From positions 295,397-359,396 of the forward strand of contig JAQTTB010000001.1 in assembly GCA_028710985.1 (NCBI GenBank): a stretch of 64,000 bases of DNA, in the 5' to 3' direction. This document shows, in pieces, positions 1-9,363 of the stretch. Numbering within the stretch: position 1 is the first letter of the stretch; the number at the start of each line of letters is the position of its first letter. The position numbers and the translations under genes are program-made. The notes below the pieces were generated by a model. It saw nothing but the letters and a program-made list of their open reading frames with translations, ran no database searches and was not told the origin of the DNA. Origin of the DNA: Patescibacteria group bacterium (lineage in GTDB: Bacteria; Patescibacteriota; Patescibacteriia; JAHJFT01).

Positions 1-244
1 TTTCGCGGCCGAAGCCATGCGCCGCATCAAAGCCGCTCTCCTGCTCCGCGTTATCAGCCAAAAAGAAAAAATTGACGTCGAAGAGAAAGACGTTGACCAG
101 GAGATTGACCGCCAGGCTGAAACCTACAAGGATAATGATGACGCGCGCAAACAAATCTTTTCTCCCGAATACCGCGATTACATTTTCGGCGCCCTGCGCA
201 ACCGCAAGGTAATCGAAATGCTGAAAAAAAACATGATCAGGTAA
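1..244 (+). CDS. tig: trigger factor, C-terminal fragment (gene begins upstream of window)
   Basis: The frame is open from the window edge (nt 2) to TAA at 242-244. The translated tail (IDRQAETYKD...RNRKVIEMLKK) resembles the C-terminal arm of trigger factor. The internal ATG at 17 is probably not the true start. Confidence 0.4.
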   Translation, partial: FAAEAMRRIKAALLLRVISQKEKIDVEEKDVDQEIDRQAETYKDNDDARKQIFSPEYRDYIFGALRNRKVIEMLKKNMIR

Positions 245-283
245 TACAAAAGGACGGGCCGAGACCTGTCCTTTTGTGATATA

Positions 284-1081
284 ATGCCGTATATGAAAAC
301 CGACGAAAAACAAATGCTGTCCATGCTCGAGGCGGCCAAAACCGCCGCCCTCTCGGCCGGCCGCGAACTTATGGGCCACTTCCGCCACGCCGGCAACGGC
401 CGCAAATATAAAAAAGACCATGAACTGGTCACCACGGCCGACATCCGCGCCAACGCGATTATAATTAAACTGCTAAAAAAGCGCTTTCCGCATCACAATA
501 TCGTGAGCGAAGAAGGCAAATACCCAATCAATCACTCGGATTTTTGCTGGTACGTTGATCCGCTTGACGGTACGGTGAATTACGATGCCGGCCTGCCGCT
601 TTTCGCCGTAAACATCGGCCTTGCCTACAAAAACAAACCCATTCTCGGTGTAATTTATCTTCCGGCCGCAAATGAAATGTATTCTGCCGTTGCCGGCGCA
701 GGGGCATTTTTTGAAAATCAACGCCTTCATGTTTCCAGAACCGCGCGCCTCGCGGATTCATTCATTCAATTCTGCCACGGCTACAGCCCGGCCGAGATCC
801 GGCGCGGCCGGCGGATTGCCAATCAAATCGCCGCGCACAGCCGCGTCTACCGCCGCCTGGGCTGCGCCGGCCTTGAACACGCGAATGTTGCCGCCGGCCG
901 CGCCGACGCCATCGTGATCGCCGGCTCAAAATCCTGGGACAACTTAGCCGGCAGCGTACTCATCCGCGAAGCCGGCGGCCGCGTTACCGATTCGCGCGGT
1001 ATCGAATGGACCGCGGCGAGCCGCGACCTTGTTGCCACGAATAAAAAAATCCACGCGCAAATTATTAACCACTTAAAATAA
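284..1081 (+). CDS. inositol monophosphatase family protein (SuhB/IMPase-like)
   Basis: 265 aa ORF. WYVDPLDGTVNY matches the DPxDGT metal-binding signature of IMPase/FBPase-fold phosphatases. A downstream WDNLAGSVLIREAGG motif fits the family. Confidence 0.8.
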   Translation: MPYMKTDEKQMLSMLEAAKTAALSAGRELMGHFRHAGNGRKYKKDHELVTTADIRANAIIIKLLKKRFPHHNIVSEEGKYPINHSDFCWYVDPLDGTVNYDAGLPLFAVNIGLAYKNKPILGVIYLPAANEMYSAVAGAGAFFENQRLHVSRTARLADSFIQFCHGYSPAEIRRGRRIANQIAAHSRVYRRLGCAGLEHANVAAGRADAIVIAGSKSWDNLAGSVLIREAGGRVTDSRGIEWTAASRDLVATNKKIHAQIINHLK

Positions 1082-1163
1082 TAAAGATTTTCACCTCGAC
1101 TTACTTTTTAGCGAAAAGGGCGCGGTCGAACTTTTTTCAAAGCAAGAGGAAGAATACGAGACA

Positions 1164-1790
1164 ATGAAAAAATATTTTCCTCCGGGCATGATCGCTGAAT
1201 CTGTATTCGTTGTTCCCAATCGTCTTGAATCAACCTTTGAAAAAGCAAAACTCGATACGAAAAATATTTATCCTTATCATAAATTTTGGCTAATTCAGGC
1301 CAACCGCCGCTTGGCTGGACGCTACGGCCTAGATGAGCGCCATAAAAATCAAGAAAATAAACCCTTCAATAAAATTATTAGCCAGCTGGGCAAGGAAATT
1401 GAAAAATTTAAGGACAAAAAATTTACTGGCGCGGTTATTCAGGAACGTATTCACGGCACGACGTTTTCAAGAGTTCTTTCCAGTCCGGAACTTAAGAGCC
1501 ACCCTAATTACCCCCTCCTTCAGCACTCGGTGCAAACGCTCGTTCACGGGCTACGGGAATTCCACGCGCAGGAACCGCGCGCTGCCTACACCTGGCATAG
1601 CCTGGAAAGCGACAATATCATGGCCGAAATCGATGATAATAACGAGATAACCGGCCGAGTCGTGATAATCGATACAAATTTTTCGCAGCGGCCGGATACG
1701 ATCTACCAAAAATCGGTTCTGAAAAAACTAGAAGAAAAAATTCTTCAACCGCTTGAAGAAAAGTTTGAACTCGCGACACATGAGCAATAA
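1164..1790 (+). CDS. hypothetical protein
   Basis: 208 aa ORF with no recognisable motifs. It sits tightly between two confident genes and its stop overlaps the next start. Confidence 0.4.
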   Translation: MKKYFPPGMIAESVFVVPNRLESTFEKAKLDTKNIYPYHKFWLIQANRRLAGRYGLDERHKNQENKPFNKIISQLGKEIEKFKDKKFTGAVIQERIHGTTFSRVLSSPELKSHPNYPLLQHSVQTLVHGLREFHAQEPRAAYTWHSLESDNIMAEIDDNNEITGRVVIIDTNFSQRPDTIYQKSVLKKLEEKILQPLEEKFELATHEQ

Positions 1791-2010
1791 AATAATTAAA
1801 ATCCGCGTCATCCCGCGCGCCAAACGGCCGGAAATCGTTGAACTTGACGACGGTTCGCTCAAAGTCAAACTCAAATCTCCGCCGCTTGATAATCGCGCGA
1901 ACCAAGAGCTGATTGAAACCCTGTCCAAATATTTCGATGTTCCGAAATCAAAAATCATTATCGCCTCCGGAAAAAAATCGCGCAACAAAATCGTGGAAAT
2001 TAAAAAATAA
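1780..2010 (+). CDS. YggU/DUF167 (UPF0235) family protein
   Basis: Start ATG at 1780 (MSNKIIKIRV) overlaps the upstream stop. The pattern IKIRVIPRAKRPEIV...LKVKLKSPPLDNRANQELIETLSKYFDVPKSKIIIASGKKSRNKIVEI matches the YggU consensus (K...G.LKV.L.APP.DGKAN..L...L...F.V....V.I.SG..SR.K.V.I). Confidence 0.7.
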   Translation: MSNKIIKIRVIPRAKRPEIVELDDGSLKVKLKSPPLDNRANQELIETLSKYFDVPKSKIIIASGKKSRNKIVEIKK

Positions 2011-2070
2011 TTTCATAAAAAATAGACAACCAAACATGATGGTTGTTTTTATAATCAAACTTCCATTGAT

Positions 2071-2239
2071 TGTCATCCTGAGCCACGACTTCCGCAAAGC
2101 GGAATGTCGGGGCGAAGGATCTCGCAGTCTCGGAATGGCTATCCATGGCGCCACATTGGTTTATCCAATATGTGAGATCCTTCGCCTCTCGCTTCGCCTG
2201 CCTTCGCTAAAGCTTCGGCAGGCAGGCTCGGGCTCAGGA
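2071..2239. repeat. ~170 bp palindromic element with 14 bp terminal inverted repeats (TGTCATCCTGAGCC / GGCTCAGGATGACA) and nested internal stems
   Basis: Terminal arms at 2071-2084 and 2226-2239. Internal pairs include CGAAGGATCTC/GAGATCCTTCG and CGCCTGCCTTCG...CTTCGGCAGGCAGG. The region is intergenic between convergent yggU and yidD. The overlapping ORFs are low-complexity and probably spurious. Confidence 0.35.
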
Positions 2240-2316
2240 TGACAATAATGAGCGCGTCAAACTTAACCGAGATAAAAAATATCCGCCGCGCGGATACAAC
2301 AACTTTTAATTTTACA

Positions 2317-2340
2317 CCTGCCTGCCGGTAGGCAGGTTTT
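2317..2340. terminator. REP-like palindrome CCTGCCTGCCGGTAGGCAGG followed by TTTT; bidirectional terminator between convergent genes
   Basis: Perfect 8 bp stem (CCTGCCTG/CAGGCAGG) with a T-run. The same palindrome recurs near 6340, 9385 and 58440. Confidence 0.5.
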
Positions 2341-2353
2341 GAATTTTTAATTG

Positions 2354-2605
2354 TTACGGCAGGTCCAATCCGCCTTTTGAAAACGGATTGCACCTCATCA
2401 CCCGCCAGAGTCCCTTGAACCCGCCCCGGATGATGCCGTATTTTTTTATTGACTCATAAGTATAGTCCGAGCAGGTCGGCTGAAACCGGCAATATCCGCC
2501 CGGAAACATGAAACGAAAAATCCCATGGTCAAAACTCAATGTTTTCTGATACCCCCGGATGGCGAAAAGCGCCGCCTGGCGCGCCATGGCCGTAAAAAAA
2601 CTCAT
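2354..2605 (-). CDS. yidD: membrane protein insertion efficiency factor YidD
   Basis: 83 aa. The conserved YidD core is present (FMFPGGYCRFQPTCSDYTYESIKKYGIIRGGFKGLWRVMRCNPFSKGG). It lies immediately downstream of rnpA with a 4 nt overlap, the classic rpmH-rnpA-yidD order. Confidence 0.85.
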   Translation of the reverse strand: MSFFTAMARQAALFAIRGYQKTLSFDHGIFRFMFPGGYCRFQPTCSDYTYESIKKYGIIRGGFKGLWRVMRCNPFSKGGLDLP

Positions 2606-2940
2606 ACAATCCCCTGCTTTTTAAAAAGTCCGAGCAGTTCTTTTTCCATTTCCCCGAACTTAAGCTGTAAAATCGCGGGTTTGGTCATGACCATGACGTC
2701 ATAACCGGCAGCGATTGCCCCAAGGTGCTTGCGCACGATCTCCCGGAGCTGGCGCCGCACCCGGTTTCTCTTAACCGCGCTTTTTGATACCTTAAGCCCG
2801 GCCACAAAAGCAAAACGCGATACTCCAAGCTGATTTTTCGCTAATCTTACGGAAATATTTGGAGTATACGCGCTTCTTCCCCTCTTCAAAACCGCCTCAA
2901 TGTCCAGCTTTTTTCGTAGTCGGTATTGGGCCGGAAGCAT
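2602..2940 (-). CDS. rnpA: ribonuclease P protein component
   Basis: 112 aa basic protein (RLRKKLDIEAVLKRGRSAYTPNISVRLAKNQLGVSRFAFV...KVSKSAVKRNRVRRQLREIVR). It follows rpmH directly. Confidence 0.85.
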   Translation of the reverse strand: MLPAQYRLRKKLDIEAVLKRGRSAYTPNISVRLAKNQLGVSRFAFVAGLKVSKSAVKRNRVRRQLREIVRKHLGAIAAGYDVMVMTKPAILQLKFGEMEKELLGLFKKQGIV

Positions 2941-2944
2941 ATGA

Positions 2945-3082
2945 TTAATGGCTCAATTTCTTTCGGCCTCGCGCCCGTCGCCGGGCTAGCACCTTGCGGC
3001 CGCCTTTGGTTTTCATGCGGCTGCGGAAGCCTTCTTTTTTGCGGATATAGCTCTTTTTCGGCTGAAATGTTCTCTTTGGCAT
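2945..3082 (-). CDS. rpmH: 50S ribosomal protein L34
   Basis: Translated by hand from the minus strand: [45 protein letters not shown], 45 aa. This matches the L34 consensus (MKRTFQP..RKR...GFR.RM.T..GR.VL..RR.KGR..L). It is missing from the six-frame track because it is short. Confidence 0.85.
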   Translation of the reverse strand: MPKRTFQPKKSYIRKKEGFRSRMKTKGGRKVLARRRARGRKKLSH

Positions 3083-3426
3083 ATATTTTATTAGTGGCCC
3101 CGATGGCTATCGGGGCATTTATGCTTAATAAGGTCGGCGGAGCCGACACTTTGTCTAAAAAACCCGCCCAGATGCCCTGCGGCATTGCCGCAGGGACGGG
3201 TTTATGGTATTTAGCAAGCCAATCATACTATACCTTGATTATTTTTTCAAGACGCATTACACTTGGAATACGAGTAATGCACACTGTCCACAGTTTATCA
3301 ACAATTTATTAACTTTTTGGCTTATTTTAGCCAATTTTCAAATCCCCGGCTTTGTGATAATATTGGGTAGCAGCGCCCGGAAAAACGAATCGCCCCCCGG
3401 GCATAAAAAAAATAAAAAATAAACCT

Positions 3427-4803
3427 ATGAACGTCCACGAAATTTGGCAAGCCGCTCTTGGCGAACTGGAGCTTAATCTTAGCAAGGTAAATTTCCGCAC
3501 CTGGTTTAAAAATACTTTTATTGCCGGCATTGAAAACGACAAGGTGATTATTTGCGTGCCAAATACCTTTTCCAAGGCGTGGCTTGAAAAAAAATACAAT
3601 CCCGCGATTATTCAAACCCTGCGCAATGTCACCAATCATCCGGTCAAAGAAATAATCTACAAGGTTGAAATCCGGCCCCAGAACGAAGTGGTGCAGGAAT
3701 ACGCCGACGAAGCGCCGGTCGCCCCGGTCGCCACCGAACCGATCCGCCCCCAGCTTCCCCAGCGCGATCACTGGTGCGAAATTGGCTTAAATTCACGCTA
3801 TACCTTCAAAAATTTTGTGGTCGGCAAGGGCAATGAACTCGCCCATGCCGCGGCTCAGGCCGTGGCGGCCAAACCCGGAGAGGTGTACAACCCTCTTTTT
3901 ATTTATGGCGGTGCCGGACTCGGCAAAACCCACCTCTTGCAGGCCATCGGTCACGAAACCCTGACTACCGCCCCCCATCTTCGCGTACTCTATGTTACCT
4001 GTGAACGCTTTACCAATGATTTTATACAGGCCGTGCGCTCCGGTCATGCCAAAGAATTCAAAGACACTTATCGCAACGTGGATCTTCTTTTGATTGACGA
4101 TATCCAGTTCATCACCGGTAAAGAAGGCACGCAGGAAGAATTTTTTCACACCTTTAACACCCTGCACCAATTCAATAAACAAATCATCATCAGCTCCGAT
4201 CGGCCGCCCAAAGCGATTCCGTCACTTGAGCACCGGCTCCTCACCCGCTTTGAGTGGGGCATGATTGCCGATATTTCCAGCCCTGATTTCGAAACCCGCA
4301 TTGCCATTTTGCAAAACAAGTGCCACGAAAAAAACTACGACCTTGACCGCGAATTTTTAGAGCACATCGCCAATTTGATTCAAAGCAATGTCCGCGAGCT
4401 AGAAGGCGCCTTAAATAAAATCATTGCCTATCACCAGTTCAAAAGTCTGGCGCCCAGCATGGAAACCATTGAATCCGTGCTTGAAAGCTTTTCTCCCATC
4501 CACAGGCGCAAATCCATTTCCCCGCGCCAGCTCATTGAAGTGGTTGGAAATTATTTTGAGATAAAAACACCGGATATTTTAGGCAAAAGCCGCGAAAAAA
4601 AGCTGGCTTTCCCACGCCAAATTATCATGTTTTTGCTGCGTGAAGAAATGAAAGCCTCGTATCCGTCCATCGGCGACGAACTCGGCGGCCGCGACCACAC
4701 CACTGCCATGCATGCGTACGAAAAAATTTCCAATCTTTTGAAGATAGACGAGCAGCTCAAACAGGACCTTGAATTGATCCGCGAAAAACTTTACGGTGTA
4801 TAA
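3427..4803 (+). CDS. dnaA: chromosomal replication initiator protein DnaA
   Basis: 458 aa. Features present: Walker A GGAGLGKTHLLQA, Walker B LLLIDDIQF, sensor SSDRPP, and the C-terminal DnaA-box-binding HTH (ELGGRDHTTAMHAYEKI). It sits directly before dnaN. Confidence 0.95.
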   Translation: MNVHEIWQAALGELELNLSKVNFRTWFKNTFIAGIENDKVIICVPNTFSKAWLEKKYNPAIIQTLRNVTNHPVKEIIYKVEIRPQNEVVQEYADEAPVAPVATEPIRPQLPQRDHWCEIGLNSRYTFKNFVVGKGNELAHAAAQAVAAKPGEVYNPLFIYGGAGLGKTHLLQAIGHETLTTAPHLRVLYVTCERFTNDFIQAVRSGHAKEFKDTYRNVDLLLIDDIQFITGKEGTQEEFFHTFNTLHQFNKQIIISSDRPPKAIPSLEHRLLTRFEWGMIADISSPDFETRIAILQNKCHEKNYDLDREFLEHIANLIQSNVRELEGALNKIIAYHQFKSLAPSMETIESVLESFSPIHRRKSISPRQLIEVVGNYFEIKTPDILGKSREKKLAFPRQIIMFLLREEMKASYPSIGDELGGRDHTTAMHAYEKISNLLKIDEQLKQDLELIREKLYGV

Positions 4804-5044
4804 GCAGTGCAAAAAACCCCACTCCGCCTGTGCTCTGCTTGCGCTCTGCCGGTGCAAAAAAAACTCGATTCTCTCTCCTGGCAATTTCCCTAAAAATCCT
4901 CCACCGCGTAACGCAAACCTTGTCCACCTTCTGACCCCCTAACTTTTTCGCCATTTCTTGCTGCGTTTCCCGGTTTTGCACCCTGTCCACCGCCCTACTA
5001 CTATTACTATATATAAATATATAAAATAACTAATAACAATAATT
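4804..5044. promoter_or_regulatory. candidate oriC / dnaN upstream region: DnaA-box-like TTGTCCACC and CTGTCCACC plus an AT-rich unwinding-element-like tract
   Basis: The dnaA-dnaN intergenic region has two TGTCCAC cores (about 4921 and 4983). A pure A/T stretch follows (TATATATAAATATATAAAATAACTAATAACAATAATT, about 5008-5044), adjacent to the dnaN start. Confidence 0.4.
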
Positions 5045-6181
5045 ATGAAACTCGTGTGCACGCAGGAAAATCTCGCGAGGGGGCTGAATATCGTAAGTCA
5101 CATTACCAGCAAAAATATTAATTTGCCGATTTTAAATAACGTACTCGTTAAAATTGAGGACAAGAGTGTCCGGCTCTCCACCACCAATCTTGAGGTGGCC
5201 ATTAATTGTACGCTTCGCGGCAAAATTGACGAGCCCGGAGAATTTACCCTGCCGTCGCGGCTTTTTAGCGACTATGTGAATCTCCTGCCGGCCGAAGCCG
5301 TGGAAATTGAAACCACGGACACGAACCTCGGCATAAAGTGCGGCAATTACGAAACCAAAATCAAAGGCCTGCCGGCCTCCGAGTTTCCGCTTATTCCGCA
5401 GGTAGTGAAAAAGAAAGTATACAGCTGTTCGGCTTCGGAATTTAAACGTGCGCTTTCCCAGGTAATTTTTGCGGTTTCGCCGAATGAGTCAAAGCCGGAA
5501 TTCGCCGGCATCTGCATGGAAATAAACCGCGAGAATGAGTCTGGACGGCTGGTCCTCGCCGCAACCGACACCTATCGCCTGGGCGAGGCATCGCTTGCCC
5601 TGGAGAAGGGTTCAGGGGCGGAAAACGCTTCCGCAATCGTGCCGGTCCGCACTATGGCCGAAGTTCTGCGCATTCTCTCTGCGTTTAAGGACGATGCCGA
5701 AGCGCCGGAAAACCTGGAAATTGCCTTTTCCGAGAGCCAGATTGTTTTTACCCTGGGGAACGCTGAGCTTATTTCGCGCGTTATCGAGGGCCAATATCCC
5801 GACTACCGTCAGATCGTGCCCGCCGATTTTAAGGTCACGGCCAAACTCTCAAGGGACGAGCTTGCAAAAGCCATCAAAACCACGAGCCTTTTCTCTAAGA
5901 CAGGGCTCTTTGATGTCACGCTTGAATTTGTACCGCCTCGGGGTATTATCATAAGGTCAATTGATTTGCAGACCGGTGAAAACAAAGTTGAACTCGCCGG
6001 CGAAGTAAGCGGCGCGGAGAATAAAATTACATTAAATTACCGCTATCTTCTGGAGGGCTTAAACGCGCTTCCGGGCAGCGAAGTGAGCTTCAGCCTGGTC
6101 GATGCCGCCAACCCCTGCCTCATCCGTTCAATTGGCAATGAAAAGGAATACTTCTACATCGTAATGCCCATAAAACAATAA
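5045..6181 (+). CDS. dnaN: DNA polymerase III beta sliding clamp
   Basis: 378 aa. N-terminus reads MKLVCTQENLARGLNIVSHI...LPILNNVLVKIEDKSVRLSTTNLEVAI, the typical three-domain clamp. It is in the canonical position after dnaA. Confidence 0.95.
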   Translation: MKLVCTQENLARGLNIVSHITSKNINLPILNNVLVKIEDKSVRLSTTNLEVAINCTLRGKIDEPGEFTLPSRLFSDYVNLLPAEAVEIETTDTNLGIKCGNYETKIKGLPASEFPLIPQVVKKKVYSCSASEFKRALSQVIFAVSPNESKPEFAGICMEINRENESGRLVLAATDTYRLGEASLALEKGSGAENASAIVPVRTMAEVLRILSAFKDDAEAPENLEIAFSESQIVFTLGNAELISRVIEGQYPDYRQIVPADFKVTAKLSRDELAKAIKTTSLFSKTGLFDVTLEFVPPRGIIIRSIDLQTGENKVELAGEVSGAENKITLNYRYLLEGLNALPGSEVSFSLVDAANPCLIRSIGNEKEYFYIVMPIKQ

Positions 6182-6269
6182 AAATTAAAAAGCAGGCGCG
6201 ATTGAATAAAGCACCTGTTTTTTTATAAATCCTTTCCCTATCGAAAAAACGTTTTTGTTAGTACCTGGG

Positions 6270-6372
6270 GTTCGGGGTGGCTGCTAAGCGCCGTTTAGAA
6301 ATGCAAAGAGTCGCCTAATGAAATTGAGAGCGCACCTGCCTGCCGGCAGGCAGGTCAGCCACCCCGAAACTT
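6270..6372. repeat. composite palindromic element: 13 bp stem (TTCGGGGTGGCTG / CAGCCACCCCGAA) enclosing REP-like palindrome CCTGCCTGCCGGCAGGCAGG
   Basis: The two 13-mers are perfect reverse complements at 6270-6282 and 6360-6372. The F1 palindrome lies in the enclosed loop. A second hairpin (ACTTTTGG..CAAAAGT) follows at 6375-6400. Confidence 0.45.
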
Positions 6373-6477
6373 TTGCATACTTTTGGTTACAAAAGTAGGT
6401 CCTGCTGAAAGCAAACAACGGAGTATCTAGAAAAATTATCGTCACCCAGGCATGCGCCCCGCGATCGCTAGAAAACA

Positions 6478-6512
6478 AAAAACCGGAATTTTTCAACGCC
6501 GGTTTTTTTGTT
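6478..6512. terminator. intrinsic terminator hairpin AAAAAACCGGAATTTTTCAACGCCGGTTTTTTTG (bidirectional), 3' of PBP1A gene
   Basis: The CCGG..CCGG stem has A-run and T-run flanks. It sits 5 nt beyond the stop of the minus-strand PBP gene. Confidence 0.55.
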
Positions 6513-6516
6513 GCGC

Positions 6517-9363
6517 TTATTCAACTCGGACCACGATCACCTCGCTTTTTGTTCTCTGCCCGTTCAAGTCCTCGGCTTCAAGCCAGAGCCGGTAGCTGCC
6601 CGGCCGCGGCGCGATTCCCCAGGAGACAGTCATTACGTTTTCGCTCGGCGCCACCACTGAGCCGATGAGAGTGCCGTAAAATTCATTCTCACCCCAGTAG
6701 AAATCGATTTTTTTGATGTTTGAAATATCCGAAAGCTCGGCCGTGACCGGTAGCGGAAATTCATTTTGCAGAACCACATCCCCGGCTTCGGGATTTGTGA
6801 AAAGGATTTCAAGCGGAATCTTTTCGGCAAGCAGGTTGATTGTGATTTCATCAACCTCGCTGTTGTCGATGTCGTCAAATGCCCGGGCGCGCAATGCGTG
6901 AAATCCTTTGTCCACGCTGTTCGGTATGAAAAATACGGCGTCCGATCCGCTTCCCCAAGTCGTGCCGATTTTTGTTTCATCGATATAATATTCAATTCTC
7001 GCGACGCCGCGCAGCGCGCTCGCGGTTGCCGCGACATGAACGCGGCGCTCGGTTACGGTCGCGTTATTTTCCGGCGCCGTCATCTGCACAAACGGCCGGT
7101 TCGCGGGTACGTGCAGGTCGTCATATTCGGTTGGCGGCGCGGTCGCGACAAAGCCGGGGTCGTTTTTCTTTACCCATTCCTGCACCGCGGCTTCCCAGCC
7201 CGCAAATTGCGGATCAACCCCGGGATTTGTTGGCGCCGGGCCGCGTGGATTGTCGCGGTCAACGTAATATAAAATGCAGTGCGCCTCGCGGTAAGTCCGT
7301 TCTTCGGTATACGAAGCTGGCGTGTATTCGGTCGCGAGTTTGCCGGACGCGCGGTCAACATTTACTTTTAATTCTTCGGCTGATTTGCCCGCGAGCACCG
7401 GCTTAGCCGCGTCATTTGCCGGCGGCGCGGTAAATTTTTCAATTTCGGTTCCTTCCAGCGCTTCGCGCATAAATCGATTCCAGATCGGTGCGGCGCCAAG
7501 TGAGCCGCCGACGCGCGACATTTCGGAATTGTCATTATTGCCGATCCACACCCCGGCCGCGAGGCTCGGCGTGTAGCCGATTGTCCAGCCGTCGCGATAA
7601 TCATTGGTCGTGCCGGTCTTGGCCGCCACCGGGCGTGCACCGAGTTGGAGATACGACCCGGTGCCAAAAACATAAGCGCGCGCTGCGTTATCGGATAATA
7701 TATTGCTCGTGAGCCGCGCTGCCTCGGCCGGAATCACCTGCTCGCCCTCGGGCTGTTGCCATTCCTCAAGTGTTTTTCCCCACGGGTCTTCCACTTTGAG
7801 AATTGGGTTTATGGGATATTTTTTTCCTTCGGCCGCGAAAATCGCGTACGCTCCGGTGTGCTCCAGGAGTTTTACTTCCCCACCGCCAAGAACCAGTGAA
7901 AGTCCGAAACGCGAGCGGTCAGAAAATGTGGTGTAACCCATTTTTTCCGCTAAATCTAGCACATTATCAATGCCCGCAAGATAAATCATTTTTACGGCCG
8001 GGATATTAAGCGAACCTTGAAGCGCGGTCCGCACGGTCACTGCCCCCCGCTCCCTGAGGTCGTAATTATGCGGAATGTACGGCGTGGTCGCGGTCTTGAA
8101 AGTAGTGAGTACGTCCCAAAGAATCGTTTCCGCGGTGTAGCCTTTCATGAACCCCATAGTATAAACAACCGGTTTAAAAGATGAGCCCGGTTGGCGCGGC
8201 ATGAGGGATACATTCACCTGTCCGTCGATGGTATCGTCAAAAAAATCTTTTGAGCCGACCATTGCGAGCACCTGTCCGGTTTTTGGATCGATTGCGACAA
8301 GCGAACCATTGGAAAATTTTTGGCTCTCGCCGTTTTGTTCAATGTGCTCGCGCACTGCACGATCAGCAATCTCCTGTTTTGTAATATCGAGCGTTGAAAT
8401 TACCTTAAGCCCGCCCTGTTCAACCGTGCGCTCGCCGTATTTTTCCGAGAGTAGCTGCTTTACATAAAAAACAAAATGCGGCGCCTTGATGTTGTCAATC
8501 CGCGGCCGTATTTTAACTTCTTCGGCCTTGGCCGTATCGGCTTCTTCGCGCGTGATGTAGCCGAGTTCGGCCATCTGATCAAGGGCGTAGTCACGCCGGC
8601 CGCGCAAAAGTTCCTGGTCGTTCAGATATTTTGTCGGCGCCTGCGGCAGAGCGGCGAGCACCGCGGCTTCAGAGAGCGTGATGTCTTTTACGTTCTTTCC
8701 GAAATAATTCTGGCTAGCGGCTTCAATGCCGTAGTTGGTTGAGCCGTAGGGAATCTCATTAAAATAAAGCTGGAGAATCTGGTCTTTGGAAAATCTTTGT
8801 TCAAGTTCAATGGAAAGAATTAACTCCTTTAATTTTCGGGTCATTGTTTTTTCCGGACTCAAGATCGAATTCTTCACGAATTGCTGGGTGATGGTGGATC
8901 CGCCGACGCGCGTGCCTTTAATGAAATTGGATAAAACCGATCGGAGAATGCCCCGGAGATTAAAGCCATGGTGTTTGTAAAAATCGCGGTCTTCGAGCAC
9001 GATGGTCGCCCAGATGGCGTATTCAGGGATGTCCTCAATTTTTATAAGCGTGCGGTTTTCTTCTCCGTGAATTTCATACAATAAAATTTCCCCGGTGCGA
9101 TCATAAATTTTCGTACTCTGCGCCACGGTCCGCTCCTGCAGATTGTCCGGATTCGGCAGCTCGCGCGAATACCAGGCAAAAAGCACGGCGGTTACAATAA
9201 ATAGCAAAAGAACGCCGGCGCCGGCGCCGTAAAAAATTTTTCGCAGCAACCCCTTTGTTTTTAGTTTGGGTTTTTTGTTCGGATAAAGCTTTTTCGCGAA
9301 AAATCCGTTTTTTTGTATTAATTGCGGTAGTGGCATGTTTAGAATTATTTTTTTGGAGGCCAC
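6517..9363 (-). CDS. mrcA: penicillin-binding protein 1A (bifunctional transglycosylase/transpeptidase) with about 250 aa C-terminal beta-sandwich extension
   Basis: 948 aa. N-terminal TM anchor. GT51 motifs RDFYKHHGFNLRGI and GGSTITQQFVKN. Transpeptidase SxxK (PGSSFKP), SxN and KTG (KTGTTND) motifs. The extra C-terminal domains run to about 6517-7300. Confidence 0.9.
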   Translation of the reverse strand: MASKKIILNMPLPQLIQKNGFFAKKLYPNKKPKLKTKGLLRKIFYGAGAGVLLLFIVTAVLFAWYSRELPNPDNLQERTVAQSTKIYDRTGEILLYEIHGEENRTLIKIEDIPEYAIWATIVLEDRDFYKHHGFNLRGILRSVLSNFIKGTRVGGSTITQQFVKNSILSPEKTMTRKLKELILSIELEQRFSKDQILQLYFNEIPYGSTNYGIEAASQNYFGKNVKDITLSEAAVLAALPQAPTKYLNDQELLRGRRDYALDQMAELGYITREEADTAKAEEVKIRPRIDNIKAPHFVFYVKQLLSEKYGERTVEQGGLKVISTLDITKQEIADRAVREHIEQNGESQKFSNGSLVAIDPKTGQVLAMVGSKDFFDDTIDGQVNVSLMPRQPGSSFKPVVYTMGFMKGYTAETILWDVLTTFKTATTPYIPHNYDLRERGAVTVRTALQGSLNIPAVKMIYLAGIDNVLDLAEKMGYTTFSDRSRFGLSLVLGGGEVKLLEHTGAYAIFAAEGKKYPINPILKVEDPWGKTLEEWQQPEGEQVIPAEAARLTSNILSDNAARAYVFGTGSYLQLGARPVAAKTGTTNDYRDGWTIGYTPSLAAGVWIGNNDNSEMSRVGGSLGAAPIWNRFMREALEGTEIEKFTAPPANDAAKPVLAGKSAEELKVNVDRASGKLATEYTPASYTEERTYREAHCILYYVDRDNPRGPAPTNPGVDPQFAGWEAAVQEWVKKNDPGFVATAPPTEYDDLHVPANRPFVQMTAPENNATVTERRVHVAATASALRGVARIEYYIDETKIGTTWGSGSDAVFFIPNSVDKGFHALRARAFDDIDNSEVDEITINLLAEKIPLEILFTNPEAGDVVLQNEFPLPVTAELSDISNIKKIDFYWGENEFYGTLIGSVVAPSENVMTVSWGIAPRPGSYRLWLEAEDLNGQRTKSEVIVVRVE

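Noticed and set aside
3083-3426. Possible RNase P RNA or other ncRNA between rpmH and dnaA (region contains palindromes GTCGGCGGAGCCGAC and CCCTGCGGCATTGCCGCAGGG)
   Set aside because: No recognisable RNase P conserved regions (for example the P4 GGAA/ACAGAA-type motifs) were found by eye. The palindromes match the dispersed REP-like families seen elsewhere. The region was left unassigned, pending a covariance-model scan.
6240-6440. tmRNA or SRP RNA in the structured region after dnaN
   Set aside because: No tag-peptide reading frame with a resume codon context was seen. No tRNA-like 3' end with CCA. No SRP domain-IV motif. The structure is explained by a nested REP-like palindrome.
6633-7712. 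Several 60-170 aa ORFs on both strands within the PBP1A gene
   Set aside because: They are shadow ORFs inside a confidently identified 948 aa gene with all catalytic motifs.
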